From a virus: a DNA stretch of 64,000 nt. Shown in pieces: positions 1 to 9,726 of the stretch. The stretch spans positions 1 through 64,000 of the IMG/VR virus record IMGVR_UViG_3300033141_003544; one strand, given 5' to 3'. The notes under the pieces are model-generated. The model was not told where the DNA came from, searched no databases, and saw only the letters and a program-made list of their open reading frames with translations. Each line of letters begins with the position of its first letter. Within the stretch, counting starts at the first letter, position 1. The position numbers were made by a program, and so were the translations under genes.

Positions 1-235
1 TTAACATATTTGGGTAACGGTATTGCATTGGCTGGCACTTATATTAACGGTAAAATACTTCGTTCTACTGATTATGGTGCAACATGGAGTGATTTAGGAC
101 AACAGTTCAGTCAAGAATATATATCCTCATTAACATATTTGGGTAACGGTATTGCATTGGCTGGCGCAGGTCCTGATGGTAAAATACTTCGTTCTACTGA
201 TTATGGTGCAACATGGAGTGATTTAGGGCAACAGT
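1..235 (+). repeat. 129-nt period coding direct repeat
   Basis: 1-36 identical to 130-165; 49-106 vs 178-235 match at 57/58; intervening segments diverge. Confidence 0.95.
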
Positions 236-288
236 ATGATCAAACAAGTATACCTTCATTAAGTAATTTGTTTCCCGTGCAATATTAG
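1..288 (+). CDS. C-terminal part of BNR/Asp-box repeat (beta-propeller) virion protein, 5'-truncated by window
   Basis: Frame open from base 1; two 43-aa repeats each with Asp-box RSTDYGATWSD. Confidence 0.75.
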   Translation, partial: LTYLGNGIALAGTYINGKILRSTDYGATWSDLGQQFSQEYISSLTYLGNGIALAGAGPDGKILRSTDYGATWSDLGQQYDQTSIPSLSNLFPVQY

Positions 289-346
289 GATTTTTAGTAT
301 AAACTGATATGGAACTTATAAATATAAAAGGATTTAAGGGGTATCA

Positions 347-763
347 ATGGGTGATATAATAAGAGGAAAGATTGAAGGAGATACTACTTGGAGTGTTTCA
401 TATAGACCTCCAGAGCTTCTTACTAATGTACCTAAAGAGATTTTTGATACAGACATGGAAGTTCCTGAGATTTTTTCTAATGCTATGTTTTTTAAAATAA
501 ATAGTTCTTATGATCCAGGTGATAATTTCAAGGAATACAGATGGTATACTAGAAGTAGATATGCAGGTAGTGTTCCTTCTTGGGATAGTACTTGGCCTTA
601 TACAGTTTATGTTGGAAAAGATAATAAGGAACATAGATTATCTGGTGGTTATCAAGAAAATGATAATGGTATTCCTGAAGTTTTTGATATTTGGGTTGTA
701 GCATTTAATACAAATAACGAATATAATACTACAGATTTTGACATATGGTTTACTTATCCATAA
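347..763 (+). CDS. hypothetical virion-associated protein
   Basis: 138-aa ORF, SD-like AAGGGG upstream, within structural cluster. Confidence 0.6.
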   Translation: MGDIIRGKIEGDTTWSVSYRPPELLTNVPKEIFDTDMEVPEIFSNAMFFKINSSYDPGDNFKEYRWYTRSRYAGSVPSWDSTWPYTVYVGKDNKEHRLSGGYQENDNGIPEVFDIWVVAFNTNNEYNTTDFDIWFTYP

Positions 764-782
764 GTTTATATAGGAGGAAGGT

Positions 783-1451
783 TTGGCTTTAACATGGGAT
801 CCTGATACTTTTTTGCATTGTCATTGGAATTATAATGATAGTAGTGTAACGGTTACATGGAGTAAAGCAATTACTGGTTCTGATTTTGACCATTATGAGA
901 TATGGTTGGACCAGTCTACCCAGAGTGATGCTACAAATAGGAATGTTGGAGGAGGTGCAGAGGGAATAGATAACAATGATATAGGCGCTCTTGGAAGCAA
1001 GACTACAACTACTGCTACAATAACAGAAGCAATGACTACTATGGTCTTGTCCACTCCAAGCACTGCAGTCTTATATTTCGCAGTATTTGGAGTGGATAAA
1101 GGAGACAATTATAGTACTGCATTGACTTTGCAAAATAGATTTTTGTTAGGTTGTGAGATTTATTCTGTAAGTCAATTGACTGAGGATGATTCACCTGGAT
1201 CTAAAGGTGATATAAAAGTTGTATTTGAATTAGACTCTTCAGGTGGTGTATTTGCTACTACTAATGACGGATGGTTGGAGTTTAAGGATTCTAACGGTTA
1301 TTGGCAAGTTTGTACAGCAGTTACTAGTGACGGTTTTAGTATGGCACGTATAAAAGAGGGAGTAACTAAAACTATCTATTGGCAGAATCCTAAAATGGAT
1401 TATGGTTCTGCTGAACTTTCGAATTTAGAACTAAGATTGGTGATAGTATAG
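783..1451 (+). CDS. putative virion protein with FN3-like domain
   Basis: AGGAGG SD before TTG; VTVTWSK...FDHYEIWL...YFAVFGVDKGDN FN3-type pattern, similar to repeats in the next ORF. Confidence 0.6.
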   Translation: MALTWDPDTFLHCHWNYNDSSVTVTWSKAITGSDFDHYEIWLDQSTQSDATNRNVGGGAEGIDNNDIGALGSKTTTTATITEAMTTMVLSTPSTAVLYFAVFGVDKGDNYSTALTLQNRFLLGCEIYSVSQLTEDDSPGSKGDIKVVFELDSSGGVFATTNDGWLEFKDSNGYWQVCTAVTSDGFSMARIKEGVTKTIYWQNPKMDYGSAELSNLELRLVIV

Positions 1452-1452
1452 T

Positions 1453-4400
1453 ATGAGTAGTTATAGGATACATACATTTGCTAGTGGAGAAGGTCAACCT
1501 ATACCCAGTTGTGATATGGGGGGTTTTAAGGACAACGGTGAAATGGTGGGAGCTATAGGTCTTTATGATAGTGATAGTCCAGGTGTATGGTTATGGAGTT
1601 CAGCTGATGAAGGTTGTCATGGTCATGCTGTTGATGTAAAAGAGTTTGTAGGTTATAATACTAATGACACAGTTGGTAAGTATGATACATTTAATACTGT
1701 ATCGGTTGTAGATTCAGAAAATTTTTTACATGTGTGTTGGCCGGATGGTGATGTTGACGGGAATATTCATTATTTTAATACATCAAACTTTACTAGAGAA
1801 GTGTTGTACAATTATAATACGGGTTATGGTATATCAATGACTATTGACTCGAGTGATAATCTCTATCTTGCATTTGCAGGTGAAAACCATGATGTATATT
1901 TTATGAAAAGGACTTCTGGCTCTTGGGGTTCGGTGGTAACTGTAGACACCACAGGTGATTTTTCTAAAACAATTGGAGACATAGTTATAAGATTAGACAG
2001 TAATGATATTCCACAGATTGCTTGGTCTGCTGAATGTGGCAATCAGTATGGAGTGGTTTATGCTAAAGCTACTAGTACTGCCGGAACCAGTTGGAATACT
2101 AGAGTTCAGCTCGATGGTGGAGCTAATAATTATATAACGTCTATAGTTATGTCGGTAAATCAATCTACTGATAAAGCTTATGTTGCTTGGGGGGAGAGAG
2201 ATGTGGGTTTTATGTGTGCTACTAATCAAAGTGGCTCGTGGACTGATCCTGTAACTATTGATACTGAAAACTATACAAGTGGTGATATTAGTATTGGTAG
2301 CGGAGGTAGGATCCATTTTATAGTTGATATAATATGTTCCTATATTTATACGGATAATGCTGACTTGTCTAATCTAACTAAAGACGAATGGATTTTTAGC
2401 CTTGGTTCCTACCCCAAATTTTTTGGTCCCACTGGTGGGACAGATGATTATGCCTTTATGTATTATAGCTATAGTGGAGGAATCGGTTTAAATATATACA
2501 AAGGAGCCAACTGGACAGGTGTATCTGATCCGGGAGTTAACTTTGGTGTGGGGGCTATTGATGAACAGGATATGGATACTCAGTATCCCACTATATCAGA
2601 CTTTACTGTAACTGGTCTTAATTTAACTACTGTAGAGGCTACATGGGACTGGGATGGAGATACTGCAAATGATCTAACTCCTACTTTCAAATATTATAGA
2701 TTATATACGTCTGAGGTTAACCAAGCAACTGCTAAAGCTAGAGGTTCGGCAGCGGCAGCTACTATAGATACAAGATCTGTTGAAAGTCAAGAGTTAAGTG
2801 TAAGTCCTGGTAGTACTTTATATGTTGCAATGTTTCCCTGTGATATTTATGGAAATGAACCTCCAGCTGGAACTTATGGAGATGATAGTAGAACACCTCC
2901 CGTTGTTAGTATAACAAGTTTGGAGCAAACAGATGAGGTTAATGGATATGTGACTATAACCTGTGTAATATCTGATGTTAATATAGATGAATGTAAAATA
3001 AGGGTTTATTATGGCACTACTCCAGGTACTCAAACAAATGATCCCACACTAGTTGGGACTGAAGTAGATTCAACTGACCCTGCTCAAGACCCATTACCTG
3101 ATGTATCTAATGATGAAACATATCAAATAGGTACCAATGAACCTATTGAGGGTTCAGCTACTGGCGTGACTGTTGCCTTTAAATGGGATTCTCATACGGA
3201 TTTAGGTGCTGTAAATGATATTTATTATATTAAGTTAGTGGGTAATGATGGATTAGTAGACAGTGCTGCAGTTATAGATGATATAGCTATTGATAGTAGA
3301 CCAGACCAACCCAGCCCGCCAACAATAGATAATTATACTTATAATAGTATAACTATAAGCCAAACTCCTACAACGGGGGAACCTACAAGTACTGAATATG
3401 CTATATATATTCAAGGTGGTACAGCTGACAATTGGCTTGGGTCTGATGGTTCTTTGACGGATACAGAGGTATGGCAAACTTCGGATGCATGGGCTAGTAC
3501 TGAAATAAGTAATCTTACTCCTTCAACAGTTTATATTTTGTATACTAAATCAAGGTATTCCTCTTCTGATGATTTAGAATCCGATAACAGCGATACAATC
3601 AGTCAACTATTACCAAGCAATCCTCCTACAGTTTCCAATTTTACTGTAAATACTCCCACTGATGGTTCGAAAAAATATACAATATGTTATGATATGTTAG
3701 ATGTGGATAGTAGTACTGTGACTGTAAGTTTTGAATATTACAATGGGACGGACTATGGGGCCATCCTAAATATTACGGGAGATGTAGGAGAAATAACGGG
3801 AATAACAGGAGTTGCTCAAACTTTTGTAGCTACTTGGGATGCTGGGGGGGATTATGATGATGTAACTTTAACTGATACACATTTGAAAATTTTAATGGAT
3901 GATACTACTCAGGTTATTACAGGTACTTCAGATACTTTTAACCTTGATACGGATAATCCAGTTATGCCTACTGACGCTTATTTAAGTTTTGCTAGCATAG
4001 GTACTGATCAAATGGATATAAGTTGGAACAGTAATGTTACAGAAGCGGAACAACATTTTGAAACGTATGAGATTTACTTGTCTACATTGTCCCAGGTTGA
4101 AGCTAATGGAAGGGTTACATCTGATACTTGTTTTCTTTGGGATTCAAATGATGATGCCAATCTTGCTTTAACAACTACTGATACAACTACAGTAACTGGA
4201 TTAACACACAATAGTACTTATTATTGTGCTTTCTTTGCAAAGGACACTTATGGGAATGTTTCTACTGTTATTGAGGGAAGTCAAACTACATTAAGAATAT
4301 ATGATATAACTGGTTCTGTTTTGGATCAGAATGGATATGGTGTACCCAATGCTAATGTATTTTTGTATACAAAAGAAGATGGAAATTTTATAAATTCAAC

Positions 4401-4524
4401 TACAACGGATAGTTTAGGGGCTTATTCATTTATGGTAACAAACGATAATGAACATTATATTATTGTAAAAAAGTCAAAATATGGTGGTGGAGTAACTGAT
4501 GGTATTTTTGGAGTAGGAAGATAA
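1453..4524 (+). CDS. large virion/tail accessory protein: propeller-like N-terminus, several FN3/Ig-like domains, C-terminal carboxypeptidase-regulatory-like domain
   Basis: 1023 aa, S/T/D-rich; NLTPSTVYILY, GLTHNSTYYCAFFAKD; ITGSVLDQNGYGVPNANV...TTTDSLGAYSF. Confidence 0.7.
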   Translation: MSSYRIHTFASGEGQPIPSCDMGGFKDNGEMVGAIGLYDSDSPGVWLWSSADEGCHGHAVDVKEFVGYNTNDTVGKYDTFNTVSVVDSENFLHVCWPDGDVDGNIHYFNTSNFTREVLYNYNTGYGISMTIDSSDNLYLAFAGENHDVYFMKRTSGSWGSVVTVDTTGDFSKTIGDIVIRLDSNDIPQIAWSAECGNQYGVVYAKATSTAGTSWNTRVQLDGGANNYITSIVMSVNQSTDKAYVAWGERDVGFMCATNQSGSWTDPVTIDTENYTSGDISIGSGGRIHFIVDIICSYIYTDNADLSNLTKDEWIFSLGSYPKFFGPTGGTDDYAFMYYSYSGGIGLNIYKGANWTGVSDPGVNFGVGAIDEQDMDTQYPTISDFTVTGLNLTTVEATWDWDGDTANDLTPTFKYYRLYTSEVNQATAKARGSAAAATIDTRSVESQELSVSPGSTLYVAMFPCDIYGNEPPAGTYGDDSRTPPVVSITSLEQTDEVNGYVTITCVISDVNIDECKIRVYYGTTPGTQTNDPTLVGTEVDSTDPAQDPLPDVSNDETYQIGTNEPIEGSATGVTVAFKWDSHTDLGAVNDIYYIKLVGNDGLVDSAAVIDDIAIDSRPDQPSPPTIDNYTYNSITISQTPTTGEPTSTEYAIYIQGGTADNWLGSDGSLTDTEVWQTSDAWASTEISNLTPSTVYILYTKSRYSSSDDLESDNSDTISQLLPSNPPTVSNFTVNTPTDGSKKYTICYDMLDVDSSTVTVSFEYYNGTDYGAILNITGDVGEITGITGVAQTFVATWDAGGDYDDVTLTDTHLKILMDDTTQVITGTSDTFNLDTDNPVMPTDAYLSFASIGTDQMDISWNSNVTEAEQHFETYEIYLSTLSQVEANGRVTSDTCFLWDSNDDANLALTTTDTTTVTGLTHNSTYYCAFFAKDTYGNVSTVIEGSQTTLRIYDITGSVLDQNGYGVPNANVFLYTKEDGNFINSTTTDSLGAYSFMVTNDNEHYIIVKKSKYGGGVTDGIFGVGR

Positions 4525-4525
4525 T

Positions 4526-4759
4526 ATGGCTGATGTAAATATAAACATAGACGCAGATTATGTAGCTCCAATTAGTACAGAGATGGATGTAAATATAAAT
4601 GAGGCTTGGGTTGATTCTTATATAAGTTCTACTCAAAGTTTAGGAACTATAACAAGTACACATAATATAACAAATATAACTACTTTGTATTCAATAGGTT
4701 ATATTGAATTGTCTTTTAGTGTAGGAAGCTTGGAAATGACAGTTTCAATACCTAATTAA
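4526..4759 (+). CDS. small hypothetical virion protein
   Basis: 77 aa, tightly coupled to upstream gene. Confidence 0.55.
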   Translation: MADVNINIDADYVAPISTEMDVNINEAWVDSYISSTQSLGTITSTHNITNITTLYSIGYIELSFSVGSLEMTVSIPN

Positions 4760-4775
4760 ATAAAGGAGATACCAT

Positions 4776-5699
4776 ATGGCCAGTGGGACAATTGTGAGGC
4801 GGAATTTGATTCCAATCCCAAAAATCACTATTACTGATTCAGATGGTTCTGTATATGATTTGACTAATCATACCATAAGATTTATTATGTGGTTTACAGA
4901 TACACTTCAAGTTGCTTTGGACACAGATGATACTTCTGTACATTTATCAGGGTCAAATGTAGATAGAATACAAACAAATGATGTTTTACTGGTGGACCAT
5001 GAAAGAATGTTAGTGACGGCAATTCCAACACAACCTCTTGATACAGATGATACTATAGTTACTGTAACTAGAGGTTATGATATACCTGCTACTGCTGGAT
5101 ATGTTTTAGGTTCAACTGATGTTGATGGAGCTGGAACAAATGATCCTTATGCATTAAGTACTGATTGTGAATTTGATATAGCAATAGACGGTGGAACAGC
5201 AACTACTATAACTATGACATTAGCTGCTACCGAAGGGAATACCACTATGAGTCACTTGGTTGCTGATATGAATACTGCTTTAACTGCGGCAGGAGTAACT
5301 TGTACTGCTTCTGCAGTATTTGATAAATTCAAATTTACCTCACCTACAGTTGGAACAGATTCTTCTGTTGTAATTAGCAGTCCAGACACAATATCGACAA
5401 ATGAGTTAGGTTTGATTGCAGCTACAGGTAACGGGACCGCAACTCAGTCTACAGATAATGTAGCTCATACAGTTAATAGTATGGTAAGGGTTATAAAAAT
5501 AGAGACAGATGCGGAGATTGATTCACTTACAACAGGTACTATAAAATATCAATGGATATCAGGTGATACAGATAAGACAGGGGAATATCAAATGCAATTT
5601 GATATTACTAATCCAAACGGTAAGAAATTTACAATACCTGTTGCATCTCCTTCAACATTTACTGTAAATATTATCGAAGACGCAAATGATTATATTTAA
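4776..5699 (+). CDS. BppU N-terminal-like (baseplate upper/Ig-fold) protein with large internal insertion
   Basis: ITITDSDGSVYDLTNHTIRFIM ... GTIKYQWISGDTDKTGEYQMQFDIT...KFTIP; AAGGAG SD. Confidence 0.6.
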   Translation: MASGTIVRRNLIPIPKITITDSDGSVYDLTNHTIRFIMWFTDTLQVALDTDDTSVHLSGSNVDRIQTNDVLLVDHERMLVTAIPTQPLDTDDTIVTVTRGYDIPATAGYVLGSTDVDGAGTNDPYALSTDCEFDIAIDGGTATTITMTLAATEGNTTMSHLVADMNTALTAAGVTCTASAVFDKFKFTSPTVGTDSSVVISSPDTISTNELGLIAATGNGTATQSTDNVAHTVNSMVRVIKIETDAEIDSLTTGTIKYQWISGDTDKTGEYQMQFDITNPNGKKFTIPVASPSTFTVNIIEDANDYI

Positions 5700-5710
5700 G
5701 GAGAAATTAA

Positions 5711-6523
5711 ATGAGTAAATCATTAAAAGCAGCCAAACCCCGTATGTATTCTACATATTATCAAGTAATAAATGTTTTAAAAGAGATCTCTACTGAAGTT
5801 ATTAATATTTCAAGTGACCCTAATAATATAGTTAAAATGGCTGGACAGATTGAATGTGAAATAGTGAAAGCAGATTCAATTATTACAGCCGCTTTAAATT
5901 CAATATACAGTATTAACAACTTAAGAACAACTCCGTGGACCACTCCTGTTGTACCGGATCCAAATAATGACGGAGATATGACTTTAGTGGGGATATCTAC
6001 TGGATCTGACATAGCAAATGCTTATACAGCTACTTGGATTGTTGAATTTACATCTACTGAAGACTTTACTTTGACAAGTAGTTTAGAGGGAGCTCAGGGG
6101 ACTTTTACTATTTCATCTGACGCAGCTTCTACTAATAATGATATTATTATAGGGTCTAATGCTTGGATTGCGGGTGATGCAAGTCCTGTTGATGGAGATA
6201 AATACTATTTTTCCGTAATTGATTCTCAACCATTAATCAACTATATAAGTGCTAGATTAGCTGCTGGATTTGTATTAGAGAGTATTTTTACTTCTGAGAC
6301 ACCTAATGAAAATGCCAGTAGTAAAACATTAAAAGACGAAGCAACACATTGGTTAGAAAAGTTACAAAGACCTAACGATGAAACGGGGGCTAGGTTAACA
6401 TCATATAGTGTGGAAGATATAGAAAGTTTACACGTAGATTATCATATCACGGATTATGGGGTAGATGATAGTAGTTATTCTGAAACAACCCCTTATAGAA
6501 GTGGGGTAGGAAGTGAGATTTAA
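5711..6523 (+). CDS. putative head-tail adaptor/connector protein with inserted domain
   Basis: YSTY.QV, IVKADSIITAAL, LINYISARLAA, EATHWLEKL helical pattern; position before terminator and tube genes. Confidence 0.5.
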   Translation: MSKSLKAAKPRMYSTYYQVINVLKEISTEVINISSDPNNIVKMAGQIECEIVKADSIITAALNSIYSINNLRTTPWTTPVVPDPNNDGDMTLVGISTGSDIANAYTATWIVEFTSTEDFTLTSSLEGAQGTFTISSDAASTNNDIIIGSNAWIAGDASPVDGDKYYFSVIDSQPLINYISARLAAGFVLESIFTSETPNENASSKTLKDEATHWLEKLQRPNDETGARLTSYSVEDIESLHVDYHITDYGVDDSSYSETTPYRSGVGSEI

Positions 6524-6533
6524 AGATAAATCC

Positions 6534-6562
6534 TTGACAGTATAGGATATAATGATTATATT
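6534..6562 (+). promoter_or_regulatory. sigma70-like promoter
   Basis: TTGACA-17 nt-TATATT in intergenic gap. Confidence 0.65.
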
Positions 6563-6631
6563 GTTTTATTATCCCTCTGAGATAGCGGGGGATGTATAGT
6601 ACAAATTTGTATCTTATTGAAATAGGATAAG

Positions 6632-7540
6632 ATGTCTGAAACTGTTACAACTAAAGAATTGCTTAATAAAATTAAAGAGACATTGTTAATATGTAGATCT
6701 CATACTGGATTAGACACTGTGAGGACATTCAAGAGAGGTATTCTACCTCCTATTCCAACTTTTCCAGCTATTGCTATTGTACCTATCAGAGAAATCCATG
6801 GGGGAGTTTGGTCTGGGGGTAAATATGAAGTTACTAGACAAATTAATTTGGAAGTATATAGCAAAAAATTAAGTGGAAAAGCTTCTTTGGACCAGTCTAA
6901 GAATATAGCAAAGGAGATTGTAAATATAGGAAAAAAAATATTTACGTGGGGTGATTTAGTATTAGAAACTGTTTTTGGGGGACCTAATGAAGAAGATCCT
7001 ATGGAATTTGGTTCCTCGATATTATCTGTTTGTACTGTCCCCATGTGGTTTATCTCTTATGAGAGGATACCTGATAAAAGAATTAAATCTGGTTTGAAAA
7101 ATATAACAGCAGTGGGTTTGTCTGAATTAATGGAAAGAATACTAGAACAACACAAGAAAACACCTTTACTTGATTTGTCTTTATCTAAAGTTGCACAATT
7201 GAGTAGAGGACCTATACCCTTATTAGGTAATTTTCCTGCTGTAACTATTAATGCTCCAACTATGGATATAGAAAAGACATATAGTTCAGCAGATACAGAA
7301 ATTAGGCATTTTAATATAGGAGTATGGACGAAACTATTAGATAAAGAAATAAATTTGGATCAAAATTTAGATATAATTGAGGTTTTAAAGGACCTATTAC
7401 AAATATATAGTGGTTGGAATGGTTATTGTATAAGTAGTGAAATAGTAGACATTGAATATGATATGACTACTATTCCAATTGGAAAGGTATATTCAAGTAC
7501 AATCAATTATGATTGTCATATTTTTAACACCCATGTTTAG
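6632..7540 (+). CDS. putative tail terminator/completion protein made of two tandem homologous domains
   Basis: Halves align: RGILPPIPTFPAI / RGPIPLLGNFPAV; RQINLEVYSK / RHFNIGVWTK; SLDQ / NLDQ; lies just upstream of tube gene. Confidence 0.6.
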   Translation: MSETVTTKELLNKIKETLLICRSHTGLDTVRTFKRGILPPIPTFPAIAIVPIREIHGGVWSGGKYEVTRQINLEVYSKKLSGKASLDQSKNIAKEIVNIGKKIFTWGDLVLETVFGGPNEEDPMEFGSSILSVCTVPMWFISYERIPDKRIKSGLKNITAVGLSELMERILEQHKKTPLLDLSLSKVAQLSRGPIPLLGNFPAVTINAPTMDIEKTYSSADTEIRHFNIGVWTKLLDKEINLDQNLDIIEVLKDLLQIYSGWNGYCISSEIVDIEYDMTTIPIGKVYSSTINYDCHIFNTHV

Positions 7541-7548
7541 GAGTTAAA

Positions 7549-7845
7549 ATGGAAGAATATGTAAAGATACAAAAAAGCGGACCTATGAATCTTCAATGTA
7601 GGAAATATTATGAAGGTTTAGGGATTTCTCCTCAAGAGTGGAATAAACTTAAAAGTGGAGGAGTCATAACAGTCCCCATGGCTTTAATTAAAGCACACCT
7701 TTTAAGAGGTATTAGTATTGTAACGGATTCAGTAATTAAAGAAAGAATAGTTGAAAAAGAGGGGACAATAGTCGAAACTGATCCTGAAGTTGTAGATAAT
7801 GAACCAAAAAAGAGAGCGTATAAGTCTAGGAAAAAAGATTTATAA
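7549..7845 (+). CDS. hypothetical protein
   Basis: 98 aa, AGGAG SD. Confidence 0.6.
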   Translation: MEEYVKIQKSGPMNLQCRKYYEGLGISPQEWNKLKSGGVITVPMALIKAHLLRGISIVTDSVIKERIVEKEGTIVETDPEVVDNEPKKRAYKSRKKDL

Positions 7846-7918
7846 ACAGTGAGATATACAAATATGAATTTTGAGTTGTGGTTTGCTTTCAAGAATAATA
7901 AATAATTAAGGAGGTCTT

Positions 7919-8998
7919 ATGGCTACAACACGCGTAGCATGGCAAGAGAGATATGCTACTGTATTGTCTTCTCTTTTAACAAGCGATGCCAGTTTCTTTC
8001 CAACTACTGATATAGGTATAGAGGGGACGGGATCTGGTGCTGCCAAATTTGTCATGCCTTTAACAGAACATCCACATTTAAACCCAGGAGCTTCTACACT
8101 AGAAACAGAAATGGCTACTGGTCAAGCTGAAAGACATCAACTTGAGTATACTAATGTTGCAGCTGAACCTGCAAGTGTTACTTTGACAATGCCTGCTAAT
8201 CAGTATACTTTGTCTTATTTTTTAGGTTTACTGTTTCAAGGTGGAGTTACTGAAGGTTCAAGTGATCCAGTTATACTTACTTGTGATCCTTATACTACAC
8301 CTGATGTTGATAAATATTGTTGTATTGTTAGACAGTTAACTGATGATGCTGCATTTCTTGTTAATGATGATAAATCCCATATACTCAACGGATGTATTTG
8401 CACATCATTAACTATTTCTGGTGAGGAAGGTGGATTAGTTATGTTGACTGCTGAAATGATGGGTGCTGAATGGACTAATGACACTATAACTTCTATACCT
8501 ACTATGACTTGGGATGGAATGAGTATGGCCGATACAGGGGCTTTCTACAAGTTTCAAGACATTAGCATGAAAATCAATCCTAATCAGCAAGGAGAGCAGG
8601 ACTTTGATACTCCAAATTTTTCTATTACCATTTCTAATAATGCTGTAGGTAATTATTATAATAATGATACAATTCAAAAATATGTTTTAGGAAGATTAAC
8701 CGGAGAAGGTACATTTAGGATTCCTTGGGGAGCTCATGCTACTGTGGGTGGAAATGTTCCTTTAAGTGATTTTACTTCTGGGAACAGAGCATTGTTAACT
8801 TTATACAAGGATGATGCTGCTCCTGATGCTGATGGGGAGTTTATGATACAACTTAACATACAATATACAGATGTTGGATTTGGTGGGGAAGTAGAAGTGG
8901 GATCGGATATTACTTTCTCTATGGTAACAGATTCGACTAATACAGCTATTAAGGCTGTAGTTGCATATGATCAATCTGTTGCTGATAGAGGTTGGTAA
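7919..8998 (+). CDS. major tail tube protein
   Basis: AAGGAGG SD; GCICTSLTISGEEGGLVMLTAEMMG and FSITISNN...GRLTGEGTF tube-type motifs; upstream of chaperone and tape measure genes. Confidence 0.8.
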   Translation: MATTRVAWQERYATVLSSLLTSDASFFPTTDIGIEGTGSGAAKFVMPLTEHPHLNPGASTLETEMATGQAERHQLEYTNVAAEPASVTLTMPANQYTLSYFLGLLFQGGVTEGSSDPVILTCDPYTTPDVDKYCCIVRQLTDDAAFLVNDDKSHILNGCICTSLTISGEEGGLVMLTAEMMGAEWTNDTITSIPTMTWDGMSMADTGAFYKFQDISMKINPNQQGEQDFDTPNFSITISNNAVGNYYNNDTIQKYVLGRLTGEGTFRIPWGAHATVGGNVPLSDFTSGNRALLTLYKDDAAPDADGEFMIQLNIQYTDVGFGGEVEVGSDITFSMVTDSTNTAIKAVVAYDQSVADRGW

Positions 8999-9240
8999 TA
9001 TTTAATTATAATATCTTAGTTTAATATCAAAAAGTTGACACTAATAAACCAAATCCCAAAAAGGTAGGGAACCAATGATAAGTAGTCAAAGGACAAAGGG
9101 AAACTATGGACATCCTAAGTGTGTAGAAATTGAAAGGATTAATAGAGCCAAAAACAATCACTCTCTGAAGAGTTTAAGACTACTTTTTATTAAAGGTTTA
9201 AACTGGTTAAACTACCTATAACAAAAGGAGTAACCAAATT

Positions 9241-9726
9241 ATGGCTATTAAAGGAGTACAAAGGGCAAAAGACGGTAGTTCGGATGTATTGGCTCAACCG
9301 TATATACCTGAACAGGAACGTGCTTTAACTGATGAACCGCAAACAGTTTTTTGGATTAAACCAAAAGATACTAGAGCATCAAATAGAACACTTCAAAGGT
9401 ATGCTGGTACTGGTAAAGATCGAAGGGGATATAGAGATTTAAATATAAGGAAATTAAATAATGCTGATGAAGCAGAATGGTTGGATCTTGTTGTAAAAAT
9501 TGAAAATTATACATTTTCGAATCAATATCCTGATTTAAATAAGATGGGAAATATTCCTGTAATTGATTCCCCAGAAATAATAAGACAAGCTTTATATGAT
9601 TTACCATCTGATGTTATTATTGAAGTATTTGATGCTTCAGCTGATAGTGAAATGTTGACGGCTGGTTTAAAAAACGTCTTGACCTCCTCGTCTACTACCT
9701 CCAGTGGAAAAACGAAAACAAAATAA
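9241..9726 (+). CDS. tail assembly chaperone (gpG-like)
   Basis: Between tube and tape measure; slippery site near 3' end; AAGGAG SD. Confidence 0.8.
   Translation: MAIKGVQRAKDGSSDVLAQPYIPEQERALTDEPQTVFWIKPKDTRASNRTLQRYAGTGKDRRGYRDLNIRKLNNADEAEWLDLVVKIENYTFSNQYPDLNKMGNIPVIDSPEIIRQALYDLPSDVIIEVFDASADSEMLTAGLKNVLTSSSTTSSGKTKTK

Noticed and set aside
1-288. DGR template/variable repeat pair
   Set aside because: Differences are not restricted to adenines, both copies are in one ORF, and no reverse transcriptase is in the window.
9035-9040. TTGACA as promoter
   Set aside because: No -10 box at 16-18 nt spacing.
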